Below are positions 16,490-26,856 of a stretch of DNA of 64,000 bases, one piece after another. The stretch is from Planctomycetota bacterium (GTDB lineage: Bacteria; Planctomycetota; MHYJ01; JACQXL01), in the NCBI GenBank assembly GCA_043801445.1, contig JAZDMB010000032.1, positions 29,438-93,437 on the forward strand, in the 5' to 3' direction. The notes below the pieces were generated by a model that was given only the letters and a program-made list of their open reading frames with translations, searched no databases and was not told where the DNA came from. Within the stretch, counting starts at the first letter, position 1, and each line of letters begins with the position of its first letter. The position numbers and the translations under genes were made by a program.

Positions 16490-17851
16490 TTATTTAACTA
16501 TCTTTAAGAACTCCTTTGCCATTTGCCGAGATTTCTTATTGTTGTTGATTTGGCCGTAGATGCCGATGAGCATAGAGTAATTAGCCGCAGTCATCCCCGC
16601 CTTCGCCAAGGCTTCGGCGGGCAGGCCTTTTCCTTTGAGTTTCTTGGCTATCTTCAAGGATTTGAGATGCATCTGTAATGCCTTTTTGCGGTTGGCAAAT
16701 CCCATATAGATGCCGCCCAAATGGAAATAGCACTGCGCCACTCTCAGAAGATTCTTGTTCTTCTGATAGATTAATGACGCTGTTTCAAGCGATTTTAATG
16801 CCTCATTTAATCTGCCCTGTTGCCTGTAGGTATTGCTGAGGTTGTAATAAGCCTCGGCATAATCCGGTTTTAATTCTATGGCTTTTCTGTAGGTGATGAT
16901 GGCGCTCTCGTAGTCGCCCTGCTCAGTGTAAACACAAGCCAGATTATAATAGCCAACCGGCTGGGTCGGCTTTGCCTTAATCGCTTGCTGGTAGCAATCT
17001 ATGGCTAAGTCATAATCTTTTTTCTTGAGATAATCACCGGCTAAATTATAGAGGCAGTCAAAATCATCGGGTTTGAGATGAAGCGCCTTGAGATAGGTCT
17101 TTATGGCTTGGTCATACCTACCGGCTTTGGATAAATCACAGCCAAGGTTATAATGGGCGATAAAATCCTGCGGTGCAATTTGGGTCGCCTTCTTAAGCAG
17201 TGTAATTGCCTTTTTAATGTTTCCTCTTAAGGCAAAAACCTTGGCGCTGTTAATATATGACTTGGTATCCTGCGGAGCAAGTTTCAGGGCTTTGCTGAAG
17301 AATGTCATTGCCTTGTCCATATTACCGATGGTCCCATAAGCAATGCCTGAATTATTGAGAGCATCAATGTCATCGGATTTAAGTTTCAGGGCGTTTTCCA
17401 ATACCGTAATCGCTTCACGGTGGCTTGACTTATCCGGCTGTTCGGTGAGAACCAGTCCGAGATTATTGTATGCCATTGCCAGAGAGCGGTTAATGACAAT
17501 AGCAGTCCGGTAGGCATTAATGGCTTTAGGAATGTCTGTTTTACGGTAATAAGTATTGCCTAAATTATACCAGGCAAGAGCGGCATCTTCATCCAGCCCG
17601 CCGACCTTGATTGCCTTCTGGTAAGAAGCGATTGCTTGGTCAAGGTTACCAAGGTCAGAATAGACATTGCCGATGTTGTAATGTGCTACTGCATAATTGG
17701 GCTTGAGGACGAGCACTTTCTGGAATACGGTCAATGCCTCATCCAATTTTTTCTTATCATACAAGGCAAGTCCCTGGTCGAAAAGTATCTCTGGCACCGC
17801 AGTGGCGTCCCGATTATTTCGGGAGTTCTTAATTGGCTGGAAATTAATCAT
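16490..17851 (-). CDS. TPR repeat protein
   Basis: 453 aa of canonical TPRs (AxxNLGxxYxxxGxxxxAIxxYxKAL). N-terminal NSRNNRDATAV is encoded by the same palindrome as the neighbour's C-terminus. Confidence 0.85.
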   Translation of the reverse strand: MINFQPIKNSRNNRDATAVPEILFDQGLALYDKKKLDEALTVFQKVLVLKPNYAVAHYNIGNVYSDLGNLDQAIASYQKAIKVGGLDEDAALAWYNLGNTYYRKTDIPKAINAYRTAIVINRSLAMAYNNLGLVLTEQPDKSSHREAITVLENALKLKSDDIDALNNSGIAYGTIGNMDKAMTFFSKALKLAPQDTKSYINSAKVFALRGNIKKAITLLKKATQIAPQDFIAHYNLGCDLSKAGRYDQAIKTYLKALHLKPDDFDCLYNLAGDYLKKKDYDLAIDCYQQAIKAKPTQPVGYYNLACVYTEQGDYESAIITYRKAIELKPDYAEAYYNLSNTYRQQGRLNEALKSLETASLIYQKNKNLLRVAQCYFHLGGIYMGFANRKKALQMHLKSLKIAKKLKGKGLPAEALAKAGMTAANYSMLIGIYGQINNNKKSRQMAKEFLKIVK

Positions 17852-18130
17852 ATAAGATTCTCCTTATCTTCTAATCATTGGGGAACGAATTCAACTCCCC
17901 TATTACGCGGCATTTTACCCGCTAAACCAATCCGAGTCAAGGAGAATCTTGGATAAAATGGTTGAAAGCCACAGATTATTTATCCCATATGAGGGACACA
18001 AATTGATTTATAAGAAAACCAAGGATAATTCCCGTTCTCTTTACCTGCTTGCCTAATATCAATCTGTATAGCCCCCACGACGCTCAAAATTTACTATAAA
18101 TAATTTATTTTATGAAAATTAATAATTTAG

Positions 18131-18160
18131 TTGACAGATTGAAACAAATTGGTTTAATAT
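18131..18160 (+). promoter_or_regulatory. Sigma70-like promoter of the S10 ribosomal operon (TTGACA-N18-TAATAT)
   Basis: TTGACA at 18131-18136 and TAATAT at 18155-18160. Sits 30 bp upstream of the rpsJ start in an AT-rich leader. Confidence 0.55.
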
Positions 18161-18191
18161 ACAATTCTTTTGAATTAGGGAAAAAGACTTT

Positions 18192-18503
18192 ATGAAAATA
18201 CCAAAGATTAGAATACGGGTCCGAGCCTATGACCATACTGTATTGGACCATTCCGTAGCGGAAATTGTCAATACGGCGAAGAAGACCGGTACAAAAGTAT
18301 CGGGTCCGATTCCTCTTCCGACCGATATTGAGCGTTATACGGTATTGCGTTCCCCTCATGCCGATAAAAAATCAAGGGAACAATTTGAAATCAGAACCCA
18401 TAAACGTCTGATTGAGTTGTTAGACCCAACACCTCAAACTACCGATGCATTGAAAAACCTTAATATGCCCAGCGGCGTAGATATTCAGATAAAAGTAATC
18501 TAA
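18192..18503 (+). CDS. rpsJ: 30S ribosomal protein S10
   Basis: [19 protein letters not shown]...[22 protein letters not shown]. Confidence 0.95.
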   Translation: MKIPKIRIRVRAYDHTVLDHSVAEIVNTAKKTGTKVSGPIPLPTDIERYTVLRSPHADKKSREQFEIRTHKRLIELLDPTPQTTDALKNLNMPSGVDIQIKVI

Positions 18504-18514
18504 AATTATAAAAT

Positions 18515-19243
18515 ATGTTACCGTTACAGGGATTATTGGCTAAAAAAATAGGAATGACGCAGATATTCAAGGAAGACGGCACTCTTATTCCTGTTACTGT
18601 TTTGAAAACAGGTCCTTGCACTGTTTTACAAATCAAGACTGTTAAAACCGACGGGTATAATGCGGTTCAAATGGGGTTTGAGAATAAGAAGAAGCAAAAT
18701 ACCACCAAACCGATACTGGGTCATATAAAAAAAGCGCTGGTAGTCGAGCCACCGCGTTATATCAGAGAAATCAGATTATCAGACGGGCCAACAGGCGAAA
18801 AAGAAGCGGAATCATTTAAAGCCGGAGACCAGATTACAACTGATATTTTCGAGGGCGTTTATAAGGTATGCGTTATGGGTATTACCAAGGGCCGCGGATT
18901 TGCCGGCATGGTCAGGCGCTGGAATAAGCATAGAGGTCCGGAAAGCCATGGTTCTATGAATGTAAGAGGCCCCGGTTCAATCGGTTCTGATACCCGTTTA
19001 ACTCATATCAGACCGGGTAAACATATGGCGGGCCATTATGGAGTAGACCAATTAACCGTAGATAATTTAGAGGTTATTAAAATAGATAAAAATAGAAACC
19101 TGCTCTTTGTTAAAGGAGCGGTACCCGGAGCTAAAAACGGCTTGATAACGGTTTATAAAACCGCTTTGGTTAAAAAAATACCTGTTGTAAGTAAATCAAA
19201 AGGTAAAAAGCCGGAGCCCAGAGCAGCTGCGGCTAAAAAATAG
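18515..19243 (+). CDS. rplC: 50S ribosomal protein L3
   Basis: GLLAKKIGMTQIF...GITKGRGFAGMVRRWN. Confidence 0.95.
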   Translation: MLPLQGLLAKKIGMTQIFKEDGTLIPVTVLKTGPCTVLQIKTVKTDGYNAVQMGFENKKKQNTTKPILGHIKKALVVEPPRYIREIRLSDGPTGEKEAESFKAGDQITTDIFEGVYKVCVMGITKGRGFAGMVRRWNKHRGPESHGSMNVRGPGSIGSDTRLTHIRPGKHMAGHYGVDQLTVDNLEVIKIDKNRNLLFVKGAVPGAKNGLITVYKTALVKKIPVVSKSKGKKPEPRAAAAKK

Positions 19244-19249
19244 GTTATT

Positions 19250-19900
19250 ATGTTAGAATTAATTATATATAATAATGAAGGCAAGGAAGTAGAAAAGATT
19301 TCCATTGAAGAGTCTCTTTTCGGCGGTGAGGTCAACAAAAGGCTCTTGCAAGAAGTAATCATAATGTACCAATCGAACCAGCGTAAGGGGTCAGCTTCAA
19401 CTAAAGACCGAAGCGAGGTAGAAGGAAGTACCCGTAAGCCATGGAAACAGAAACATACCGGAAATGCCAGGGCAGGCTCAATCCGTTCTCCTTTATGGCG
19501 TCATGGCGGAGTTACTTTCGGACCTAACCCGCGAAGCTTTTATTATCGCATCCCCCAGGGAATCAGGCAAAAAGCCCTTGATTCGGCGCTGCTTTCTAAA
19601 TTCCAGGATAAAGAAACGATAGTTATAAATATGCTTCAGCTTGAAAAGCCCAAAACCAAAGACTTTATTTCTATCCTTAAAAATGTAGGGGTTGATACAC
19701 AGAAATCAAATACTAAGAATAAATGCCTTGTCGGAATAAAGAAAAGCGAGCTTGCTTTAAATCTTTCATCCAGAAATATACCGGGAATAAAACTATTGCC
19801 TATTGCCGATTTTAATGCTCATGACGTAATAAAACATAAACGACTTTTGTTGACGAAAGAGGCTCTGGATTATTTAATCGCTGTTCGCAAAGAGAGATAA
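19250..19900 (+). CDS. rplD: 50S ribosomal protein L4
   Basis: Position after rplC; KPWKQKHTGNARAGSIRSPLWRHGG motif. Confidence 0.93.
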   Translation: MLELIIYNNEGKEVEKISIEESLFGGEVNKRLLQEVIIMYQSNQRKGSASTKDRSEVEGSTRKPWKQKHTGNARAGSIRSPLWRHGGVTFGPNPRSFYYRIPQGIRQKALDSALLSKFQDKETIVINMLQLEKPKTKDFISILKNVGVDTQKSNTKNKCLVGIKKSELALNLSSRNIPGIKLLPIADFNAHDVIKHKRLLLTKEALDYLIAVRKER

Positions 19901-19908
19901 GTAACGAT

Positions 19909-20187
19909 ATGATAAAATCCGGGTACGATGTTATAAAAAAACCAATACTTACGGAAAAGAGCGAATCCGCAAAGCAAACTTTGGTTTATTCGTTTATGGT
20001 CGATGTAAATTCCAATAAGAATTCAATCAAAAAAGCCATCGAAAGCATATTTTCGGTTAAAGTAAACAGCGTTCGAACCATTAATGTTAAGGGAAAACTC
20101 AAAAGATATGAAATGATGGAAGGGCAGAGAATCGACAGGAAGAAAGCAATGGTAACCTTAAAAGAAGGTTATCGTATTGAAATATAA
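19909..20187 (+). CDS. rplW: 50S ribosomal protein L23
   Basis: Position and size (92 aa); ILTEKSESA...VFMVDVNSNKNSIKKAIE. Confidence 0.9.
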   Translation: MIKSGYDVIKKPILTEKSESAKQTLVYSFMVDVNSNKNSIKKAIESIFSVKVNSVRTINVKGKLKRYEMMEGQRIDRKKAMVTLKEGYRIEI

Positions 20188-20235
20188 ACCCCTACACCAA
20201 AATCTTTGGTGTGTGGGTAAAGCGAAATAAATTTT

Positions 20236-21075
20236 ATGGCTATAAGAGAATACAAGCCGACCAGCCCGGGCCGAAGACTGGGAACAGTTATAGATTATTC
20301 TATTCTGACAAAGAAAGAGCCCGAGAAAAATCTTTTGGTGCCGTTCAGAAAAACCGGCGGTCGGAATAACCAGGGTGAAATTACTTGCCGGCATATCGGC
20401 GGCGGTAATAAACGACAATATCGTTTGATAGATTTCAAAAGAAATAAAGATGATATTCCCGCAAAGGTAGAAGCCATAGAATATGACCCGAACCGTTCGG
20501 CTTTTATTGCGCTTCTATGTTATGTTGATGGGGAACGCCGTTATATTATTGCGCCGAAAGATATTCAAGTCGGCGAGGTGTTGCTATCCGGCGACAAAGT
20601 AGAGCCAAAAAATGGCAATACGATGCCATTAAAAAATATTCCGATGGGATTATTAATTCATAACGTTGAATTATACAGGGGACGCGGCGGTCAATTGGTC
20701 CGCAGCGCCGGTGCTTTTGCTAAATTAATGGCAAAAGAAGGTGATTATGCTCAGATTCAACTGCCCAGCGGAGAAATAAGAACGATACATTTGGAATGCC
20801 GCGCGACAATCGGACAGGTTAGCAACCCGGAATACGGCACTATTTGGTTGGGTAAAGCCGGTCGCCGCCGCTGGTTGGGAATAAGGCCGACCGTAAGAGG
20901 CACGGCGCAAAATCCGGTTTCTCACCCAATGGGCGGTGGTGAAGGAAGATCAGGAGGCGGCCGTCATCCTTGTTCTCCGACCGGTAAACTTGCTAAAGGC
21001 GGAAAAACCCGTAAACCGCGTAAAACAACTAATACTTTTATTATTAGAAACAGAAAACAGGGTTCAAAAGTCTAA
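20236..21075 (+). CDS. rplB: 50S ribosomal protein L2
   Basis: [22 protein letters not shown]...[19 protein letters not shown]. Confidence 0.95.
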   Translation: MAIREYKPTSPGRRLGTVIDYSILTKKEPEKNLLVPFRKTGGRNNQGEITCRHIGGGNKRQYRLIDFKRNKDDIPAKVEAIEYDPNRSAFIALLCYVDGERRYIIAPKDIQVGEVLLSGDKVEPKNGNTMPLKNIPMGLLIHNVELYRGRGGQLVRSAGAFAKLMAKEGDYAQIQLPSGEIRTIHLECRATIGQVSNPEYGTIWLGKAGRRRWLGIRPTVRGTAQNPVSHPMGGGEGRSGGGRHPCSPTGKLAKGGKTRKPRKTTNTFIIRNRKQGSKV

Positions 21076-21091
21076 AAACTTATAAAATTAT

Positions 21092-21382
21092 ATGAGTCGT
21101 TCAACTAAAAAAGGTCCCTATATAGATGCTAAACTTTTTGCAAAGATAGTTAAGCAAAAAGAAATTAAAAGCTACGAGCCGATAAAAACATGGGCTCGGA
21201 GATGCACGGTTCTGCCGGAATTCGTCTCGCATACTTTTTTAGTGCATAATGGCAATAAATTTATTAAAGTGTTTGTTACCGAGGATATGGTTGGCCACAA
21301 ATTAGGCGAATTCGCACCGACCAGAATGTTTCACAGCCATCCCGGTTTAAAAAGCGCTAAACCCAAAACCGAAGCCGAATAG
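21092..21382 (+). CDS. rpsS: 30S ribosomal protein S19
   Basis: [12 protein letters not shown]...[27 protein letters not shown]. Confidence 0.95.
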   Translation: MSRSTKKGPYIDAKLFAKIVKQKEIKSYEPIKTWARRCTVLPEFVSHTFLVHNGNKFIKVFVTEDMVGHKLGEFAPTRMFHSHPGLKSAKPKTEAE

Positions 21383-21400
21383 AATAACAGGTAATGATTT

Positions 21401-21739
21401 ATGGAATATAAAACATTTTTAAATTATGCGAGAAGCACTCCTCGCAAACTAAGATACGTAGTAGATTTGATTCGGAATAAATCCGTGACTGATGCTCAAC
21501 AGATTCTGAAATTTAACAGTAAACGGGCGTCATATTTTCTGTATAAACTTGTTAATTCTGCGGTTGCCAATGTGACAACAAAAGACGCAAACATTTCGCC
21601 TGAAAATTTATATATTAAAAAAATCACCGTGGGAGACGGTCCTGCGATTAAAAGATGGCGTCCGGCTTCTATGGGCAGAGCGGTCAAAATAAAAAAAAGA
21701 ACTTCTCACGTAGAACTTGTTTTAAACACTAAAGAATAA
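21401..21739 (+). CDS. rplV: 50S ribosomal protein L22
   Basis: Position; RSTPRKLRYVVDLIRNKSVTDA. Confidence 0.92.
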   Translation: MEYKTFLNYARSTPRKLRYVVDLIRNKSVTDAQQILKFNSKRASYFLYKLVNSAVANVTTKDANISPENLYIKKITVGDGPAIKRWRPASMGRAVKIKKRTSHVELVLNTKE

Positions 21740-21742
21740 TTT

Positions 21743-22483
21743 ATGGGACAAAAAGTATCACCCGTTGCTTTAAGAATCGGAATCAACAAGAACTGGCTTT
21801 CCACTTGGTATGCCGACAAGAAGGGATATGGCAATTTGCTCGTTGAAGATGAAAAAATTCGCAGGTTCATCATGAAGGAATATAACTTCGCGGGTATCCA
21901 AAAAATAGAAATCCAGCGTAATGCCGAAAAAGTTATTATACTGATATTTTGCGCCAAGCCTTCTTTTATTATCGGAAGACGCGGCGTTAAAGTTGATCAG
22001 CTGACGGGAGACTTAATCAAAATAACTAATAATAAAATCGTGGATTTAAAAGTTATCGAAATAGCGAATCCGGAATTATGCGCACAGTTAATCGGTGATT
22101 CTGTTGCGCAGCAATTAGAAAAACAAGCGCCTCATCGACGCATTATGCATAAAGCAATAGAAACAGTAATGGGCGCCGGCGCTCTGGGTATAAAAATAAG
22201 AGTTGGAGGCCGTATCGGCGGCGCGGAAATTGCGCGTACCGAGACTCTAAGTAAGGGAAAAGTCCCCTTGCATACTTTTAAGGCTGATATAGATTATGCT
22301 CGCTCGACCGCTCATTTAAGTAAAGGAACCGTGGGTGTTAAGGTTTGGATTTGTAAAGGCGAGAAATCAAATAAACAGATTCGACCTGCGAATCCTAATA
22401 TAGCACCATCTGCCCCGCTCCGCCTAAACGAGGCAAGCGATAAAACGAAAATACCCGGCATAATAAATCAGGCAAAACCATAA
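21743..22483 (+). CDS. rpsC: 30S ribosomal protein S3
   Basis: MGQKVSPVALRIGINKNW...KH domain...GRIGGAEIARTE. Confidence 0.95.
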   Translation: MGQKVSPVALRIGINKNWLSTWYADKKGYGNLLVEDEKIRRFIMKEYNFAGIQKIEIQRNAEKVIILIFCAKPSFIIGRRGVKVDQLTGDLIKITNNKIVDLKVIEIANPELCAQLIGDSVAQQLEKQAPHRRIMHKAIETVMGAGALGIKIRVGGRIGGAEIARTETLSKGKVPLHTFKADIDYARSTAHLSKGTVGVKVWICKGEKSNKQIRPANPNIAPSAPLRLNEASDKTKIPGIINQAKP

Positions 22484-22507
22484 GTTTAGCCGTTAAGGAA
22501 TCAGTTT

Positions 22508-22918
22508 ATGTTAATGCCCAAACGGATAAAATATCGCAAATGGCAACGTGGTCGTATGAAGGGAACTGCTCAACGAGGTAATTTTGTTGCCTTTGGAGAA
22601 TACGGCTTGATATCTCTTGATATGGGCTGGCTTTCAGCCCAGCAAATTGAAGCGGCCCGGGTTGCCATTAGTCATTTATTGCCGCCAACCGGAAGATATT
22701 GGCTAAGGGTTTTTCCGCATAAGCCTGTCACCTGTAAGCCCGCTGAAACCAGAATGGGAACAGGTAAGGGTGAACCTGAATATTATGTTGCCGAAGTCAA
22801 AAAAGGCACTGTTCTTTACGAAATCGATGGTATTACAGCAGAGGTAGCCCGTAAGATTTTCAATAGTGTTGCTCATAAAATGCCTTTTACCGTCAAAATG
22901 GTTAAACGTATTCATTAA
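22508..22918 (+). CDS. rplP: 50S ribosomal protein L16
   Basis: MLMPKRIKYRKWQRGRMKG...RMGTGKG. Confidence 0.95.
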   Translation: MLMPKRIKYRKWQRGRMKGTAQRGNFVAFGEYGLISLDMGWLSAQQIEAARVAISHLLPPTGRYWLRVFPHKPVTCKPAETRMGTGKGEPEYYVAEVKKGTVLYEIDGITAEVARKIFNSVAHKMPFTVKMVKRIH

Positions 22919-22929
22919 GATAGAATCAC

Positions 22930-23190
22930 ATGTTAAATATAAAAGAAATAAGACAGAAAGATATAGTGGAATTGGAAACAGAATTAGAAAATACCAAAAA
23001 AGAACTCTTTCGCATGCATTGCCGTCAGGTTACTGATGTCGTTCAGAACCATACGGCGATTAGAAAGTTAAAAAAGAATATTGCCCGCTTGCATACTATT
23101 ATAAAAGAAAAACAAAACGCTTCTTTAAAAACCGATACCAGTAAGTTGAATGAAAAAAAAGACAGCCAAGCAAAAACCGGCAAACGTTAA
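22930..23190 (+). CDS. rpmC: 50S ribosomal protein L29 with Lys-rich C-terminal extension
   Basis: IRQKDIVELETELENTKKELFRMHCRQV fits L29. The ~20-aa extension overlaps the next gene by 41 nt. Confidence 0.85.
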   Translation: MLNIKEIRQKDIVELETELENTKKELFRMHCRQVTDVVQNHTAIRKLKKNIARLHTIIKEKQNASLKTDTSKLNEKKDSQAKTGKR

Positions 23191-23599
23191 AAGTAGCGAA
23201 GATAAAATAGCAAGCATCAAAACACCTTTTAATCCTTCCAAATTGAAAGAGTTTAAGCTACGGCTTCTGAAAATAAAAGATTATTTAAAGCAGGAGATAG
23301 ACGATATTGAAGATAAAGCTTTAAGGGGAGCCGGAAGAGATGGCACGGGAAATCTTTCAAATCTTCCTATTCATCTGGCAGATGCCGGTAGTGATACTTA
23401 TGAACAGGATTTTTCCTTAGGTATTTTAGAAGGGGAGAACGTTGAATTAAAGGAAATAGAAGAATCATTGGAACGCATCGCGGAAAAAACCTATGGTATT
23501 TGCGAAGAATGTTCTAACCCCATCAATGAAAACCGTCTGAAAGCTATTCCCTATGCCCGTTTCTGTGTTAAATGTAAGCAAGCCATGGAAAAAAAATGA
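23150..23599 (+). CDS. DksA/TraR-family C4 zinc-finger protein
   Basis: C-terminal CEECSNPINENRLKAIPYARFCVKCKQ is the DksA/TraR C4 finger. It is preceded by a coiled-coil region. Confidence 0.75.
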   Translation: MKKKTAKQKPANVKSSEDKIASIKTPFNPSKLKEFKLRLLKIKDYLKQEIDDIEDKALRGAGRDGTGNLSNLPIHLADAGSDTYEQDFSLGILEGENVELKEIEESLERIAEKTYGICEECSNPINENRLKAIPYARFCVKCKQAMEKK

Positions 23600-24326
23600 A
23601 TTAACCCGCTGGCTCATTTTTTTCTCTATCGCCATTATTTTTACCGCCCTCGATTTAATCACCAAACATCTTACCTACAAGATTAATACTATAGATATTA
23701 TACCGGGCGTTTTAGAATTCAGATTTATTAGTAATAAAGGTATTATCTGGGGATTATTCTCGCAGGGGTCTTTATTATTCATCGTTATCTCGTCGCTGGC
23801 AATCCCGCTTATTATTTTCATGTTTAAATACATATATGTTTTTGTGTGCCATGAAACTAATCAAGAAGATGCTGTTCAGCCGTTACCTTCTGTCAATAAC
23901 GATGGCAAACCGTTAGATATAGCAGGAGAGACGCCTGTCCCGATAGAAGCAATCTCAAAACATACCGATACGAACGAAATAATATCAACCAGCGCCCCGA
24001 CGAATTCATGTCATGATAACGGGATGGGGTGCCAAAAAAACTTACTGCCGCCTGAAATGCCCATAAGAAAATTTTCCGTATTTAGTATAATCGGCATGCT
24101 AACCATTGCTTGCGGTCTGATTTTAGCCGGGGCAATCGGTAATTTATACGACCGTATCTTCTACGAGGGAGTCCGTGATTTTATCAGTTTTTATATAATA
24201 AATTGGCCTATTTTCAATCTGGCTGATGTTTTTATAACCATCGGTGCATTCCTAATCATCTTTTGCATGTTTAAGAAGCCTTACGTAACCAAAACCAATT
24301 CTATAGATGATACCCGTGGCGCATAG
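23553..24326 (+). CDS. lspA: Lipoprotein signal peptidase II with a large internal insertion
   Basis: N-terminal TM plus conserved NKGIIWGLF and C-terminal NLADVFITIGAFLII (LspA boxes). A ~90-aa non-conserved segment lies between them. Confidence 0.75.
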   Translation: MPVSVLNVSKPWKKNELTRWLIFFSIAIIFTALDLITKHLTYKINTIDIIPGVLEFRFISNKGIIWGLFSQGSLLFIVISSLAIPLIIFMFKYIYVFVCHETNQEDAVQPLPSVNNDGKPLDIAGETPVPIEAISKHTDTNEIISTSAPTNSCHDNGMGCQKNLLPPEMPIRKFSVFSIIGMLTIACGLILAGAIGNLYDRIFYEGVRDFISFYIINWPIFNLADVFITIGAFLIIFCMFKKPYVTKTNSIDDTRGA

Positions 24327-25200
24327 ATTACCAAAGATAACCGCAGGATTAATTATTGTAATACTATTCTCGCACCTGATAGAATCAGCGCCGGCGCCGT
24401 CAAATACTGCCAAATCTTATCTTCTAAAACCAAATATAAAAGAGGGTGACAATGAAATAATTAACTATAAATTAGAAGCCTCAGCCAATATAGAAGTGCC
24501 GGCTATGGCCGAACATCCTGTCATACCCTTATATTCCAGATTGGAACAGGAGATAGAACAAAAAATATTAAGTATAACCGCTACTAAGATTAGCCGAATG
24601 GAGCGAACATACCATTCATCTAAATATTATACCAATAAAAAATCCAAAACACCCAAGACTGATTCGTTAGACGGCAAGAAAATTATTATCGAGCCTGATG
24701 GAACCATTACCCCGACAGACCTAATACCGCTAAAAATAAAAGAATTTATTTCCATAAACGAACATAGATTCTCCTTGATTCTTCCGAAAGAAGAGATACG
24801 ACCTCAAGCCGAATGGACAATTCCATCGGAAATAGTGGTTAGCCTGTTTAATTTCAGTAACAATAAAAAAAGAAGCACGATACATGGCTGCACCGAAGTG
24901 GGTATTAATGCCCATTTTACCGGAGGCTCTCTTCAATGTCTATTGAAAAAAGTTCAATCAACAGGCCTTCAGGAAATTGCCGTGATTGAAATGATTGTTG
25001 TCTTAAAAGGCGAAGATAACGGATTGAATATTGATACCACGCTTAAAGGAACAGCCTTTTTTGATATTGCAAAAGCACGGTTCAGCACCATCGAATTATC
25101 AGGAGACCTGAATCTTGAAGGCGATCAACCGTGCGCCCAGTCCGGCGAAGATAGGGTCATTGGCAAAGGCAAGATAAACATCTTTTACGAATTTAAATAA
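24307..25200 (+). CDS. Hypothetical secreted protein
   Basis: N-terminal signal-like hydrophobic segment; no recognisable motif. Confidence 0.55.
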   Translation: MIPVAHRLPKITAGLIIVILFSHLIESAPAPSNTAKSYLLKPNIKEGDNEIINYKLEASANIEVPAMAEHPVIPLYSRLEQEIEQKILSITATKISRMERTYHSSKYYTNKKSKTPKTDSLDGKKIIIEPDGTITPTDLIPLKIKEFISINEHRFSLILPKEEIRPQAEWTIPSEIVVSLFNFSNNKKRSTIHGCTEVGINAHFTGGSLQCLLKKVQSTGLQEIAVIEMIVVLKGEDNGLNIDTTLKGTAFFDIAKARFSTIELSGDLNLEGDQPCAQSGEDRVIGKGKINIFYEFK

Positions 25201-25230
25201 TCTAAAATTTTCTCCGATGGAGTCAAAGAT

Positions 25231-26628
25231 TCATACGAAGTTCTTCGGATCGGTTACTCTGGCAATGGATTGATAAGTCACTCCGAGTAAAAATTGCAGT
25301 TCTTTAATGCTGATACTCAAAGGCGGCATCAGGACTATTACATCACCCAAAGGCCGTAACATAACCCCATGCTTACGTGCCTCAAGAATCACCTGATGCC
25401 CCATCCTTGTCTCATACGGAAACGCCTCTTTTGTCTTGCTATGTTTTACCAGTTCAATACCGACCATAAAACCGCATTGGCGGATATCGCCTACATTTTT
25501 CAACTGATAGAATTTCTGCAGTTCCTTACGAAGTAATTGTATCTTGGGCTGTAATTTTCGAATAGTTTTCTCTTTCCGGAATATTTTCAGATTAGCCAAA
25601 GCCGCTGCGCAGGCAAGCGGATTACCCGTATAGGTATGCCCGTGAAAAAAGGTTTTGTTATTCTTGAATTCACCCAGGAATGCCTTAAAAACCTTTTCGG
25701 TAGTCAACGTCGCGGCTAAAGGCAGATAACCACCTGTAATGCCTTTAGCCATAGTCATAATATCAGGCGTTACTCTTTCATGCTCGCAGGCAAACATCCT
25801 GCCGGTCCTGCCGAACCCGGTGGCCACTTCATCGGCAACCATCAAAACATTATGTTTATCACAGAGTTTTCTGATTGCCTTGATAAAACCTTTGGGCTGG
25901 ATAACCATTCCGGCTGCCCCCTGAACCAGCGGTTCAATAACCACAGCGGCTAATTCGTTCCTGTGGCATTTTATCAATCGCTCTACCCCAGACAAACATT
26001 CCATACCGCATCTTTGAACCCTTGAACCATTGAGCTCCTGAACTTTTATGCCGGTGGGACAGCGATAACAATAGGGTGCCGGGGCTTTGAACGTTTCAAA
26101 TAATAAAGGCTTGTAGGTATTGTGGAATAAATCCATTCCGCCCAGACTCACAGACCCGATAGTATCGCCGTGATAAGCATTAACAAAAGTCAGGAATTTG
26201 GTTTTACGTCTTGTGTAAGGAGATATCTGTTGCCAGAATTGGAAGGCAATTTTGAGGGCAATCTCTACGGCGCTTGACCCGCTATCCGAATAAAATACAC
26301 GGCTTAGACCTTTCGGTGCGATTTTTATAAGCTCCCCGGCTAACTCTATGGCCGGTATATTTGAAAGCCCCAACATCGTGGAATGAGCCACTCTGGAAAG
26401 CTGACGCTTTATCGCATCATTAATTTCCCTTACCTGATGACCGTGCACATTACACCATAAAGATGAAACTCCATCCAGATACCGTTTACCCCGGGTATCA
26501 TAAAGATAATTGCCCCTGGCACGTTCAATAATAACGATATCATTTTTCATCCAGTCTTTCATCTGGGTGAATGGATGCCAGGCATATCGTTTATCCGAAC
26601 GCTCAAGACGACGCAAAATATCTTTCAT
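25231..26628 (-). CDS. bioA: Adenosylmethionine-8-amino-7-oxononanoate aminotransferase (class III PLP aminotransferase)
   Basis: YAWHPFTQM...DTRGKRYLDGVSSLWCNVHGH...DEVATGFGRTGRMFACEHE, matching BioA over its whole length. It carries a Cys-rich insert, RCPTGIKVQELNGSRVQRCGMECLS. Confidence 0.88.
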   Translation of the reverse strand: MKDILRRLERSDKRYAWHPFTQMKDWMKNDIVIIERARGNYLYDTRGKRYLDGVSSLWCNVHGHQVREINDAIKRQLSRVAHSTMLGLSNIPAIELAGELIKIAPKGLSRVFYSDSGSSAVEIALKIAFQFWQQISPYTRRKTKFLTFVNAYHGDTIGSVSLGGMDLFHNTYKPLLFETFKAPAPYCYRCPTGIKVQELNGSRVQRCGMECLSGVERLIKCHRNELAAVVIEPLVQGAAGMVIQPKGFIKAIRKLCDKHNVLMVADEVATGFGRTGRMFACEHERVTPDIMTMAKGITGGYLPLAATLTTEKVFKAFLGEFKNNKTFFHGHTYTGNPLACAAALANLKIFRKEKTIRKLQPKIQLLRKELQKFYQLKNVGDIRQCGFMVGIELVKHSKTKEAFPYETRMGHQVILEARKHGVMLRPLGDVIVLMPPLSISIKELQFLLGVTYQSIARVTDPKNFV

Positions 26629-26856
26629 AATCTACCAATATACAATTTCTAATACCAATTTCAAATAAACCCCGTTAGAAAGTTTACATAATGAAGTGAA
26701 GGCAATTATTTACAAACCTTAAAATTGGCAGTATTTATTTGTCAAATGCTTTATCTTTGTTATCATAAATTTAAGGATATAACGCCAGTTTTAATATCCC
26801 TCCGCAAGGCGTATGCCCTGGCGGATTCCTAATTAATTAAAAAAAGGAGCAGAAAA

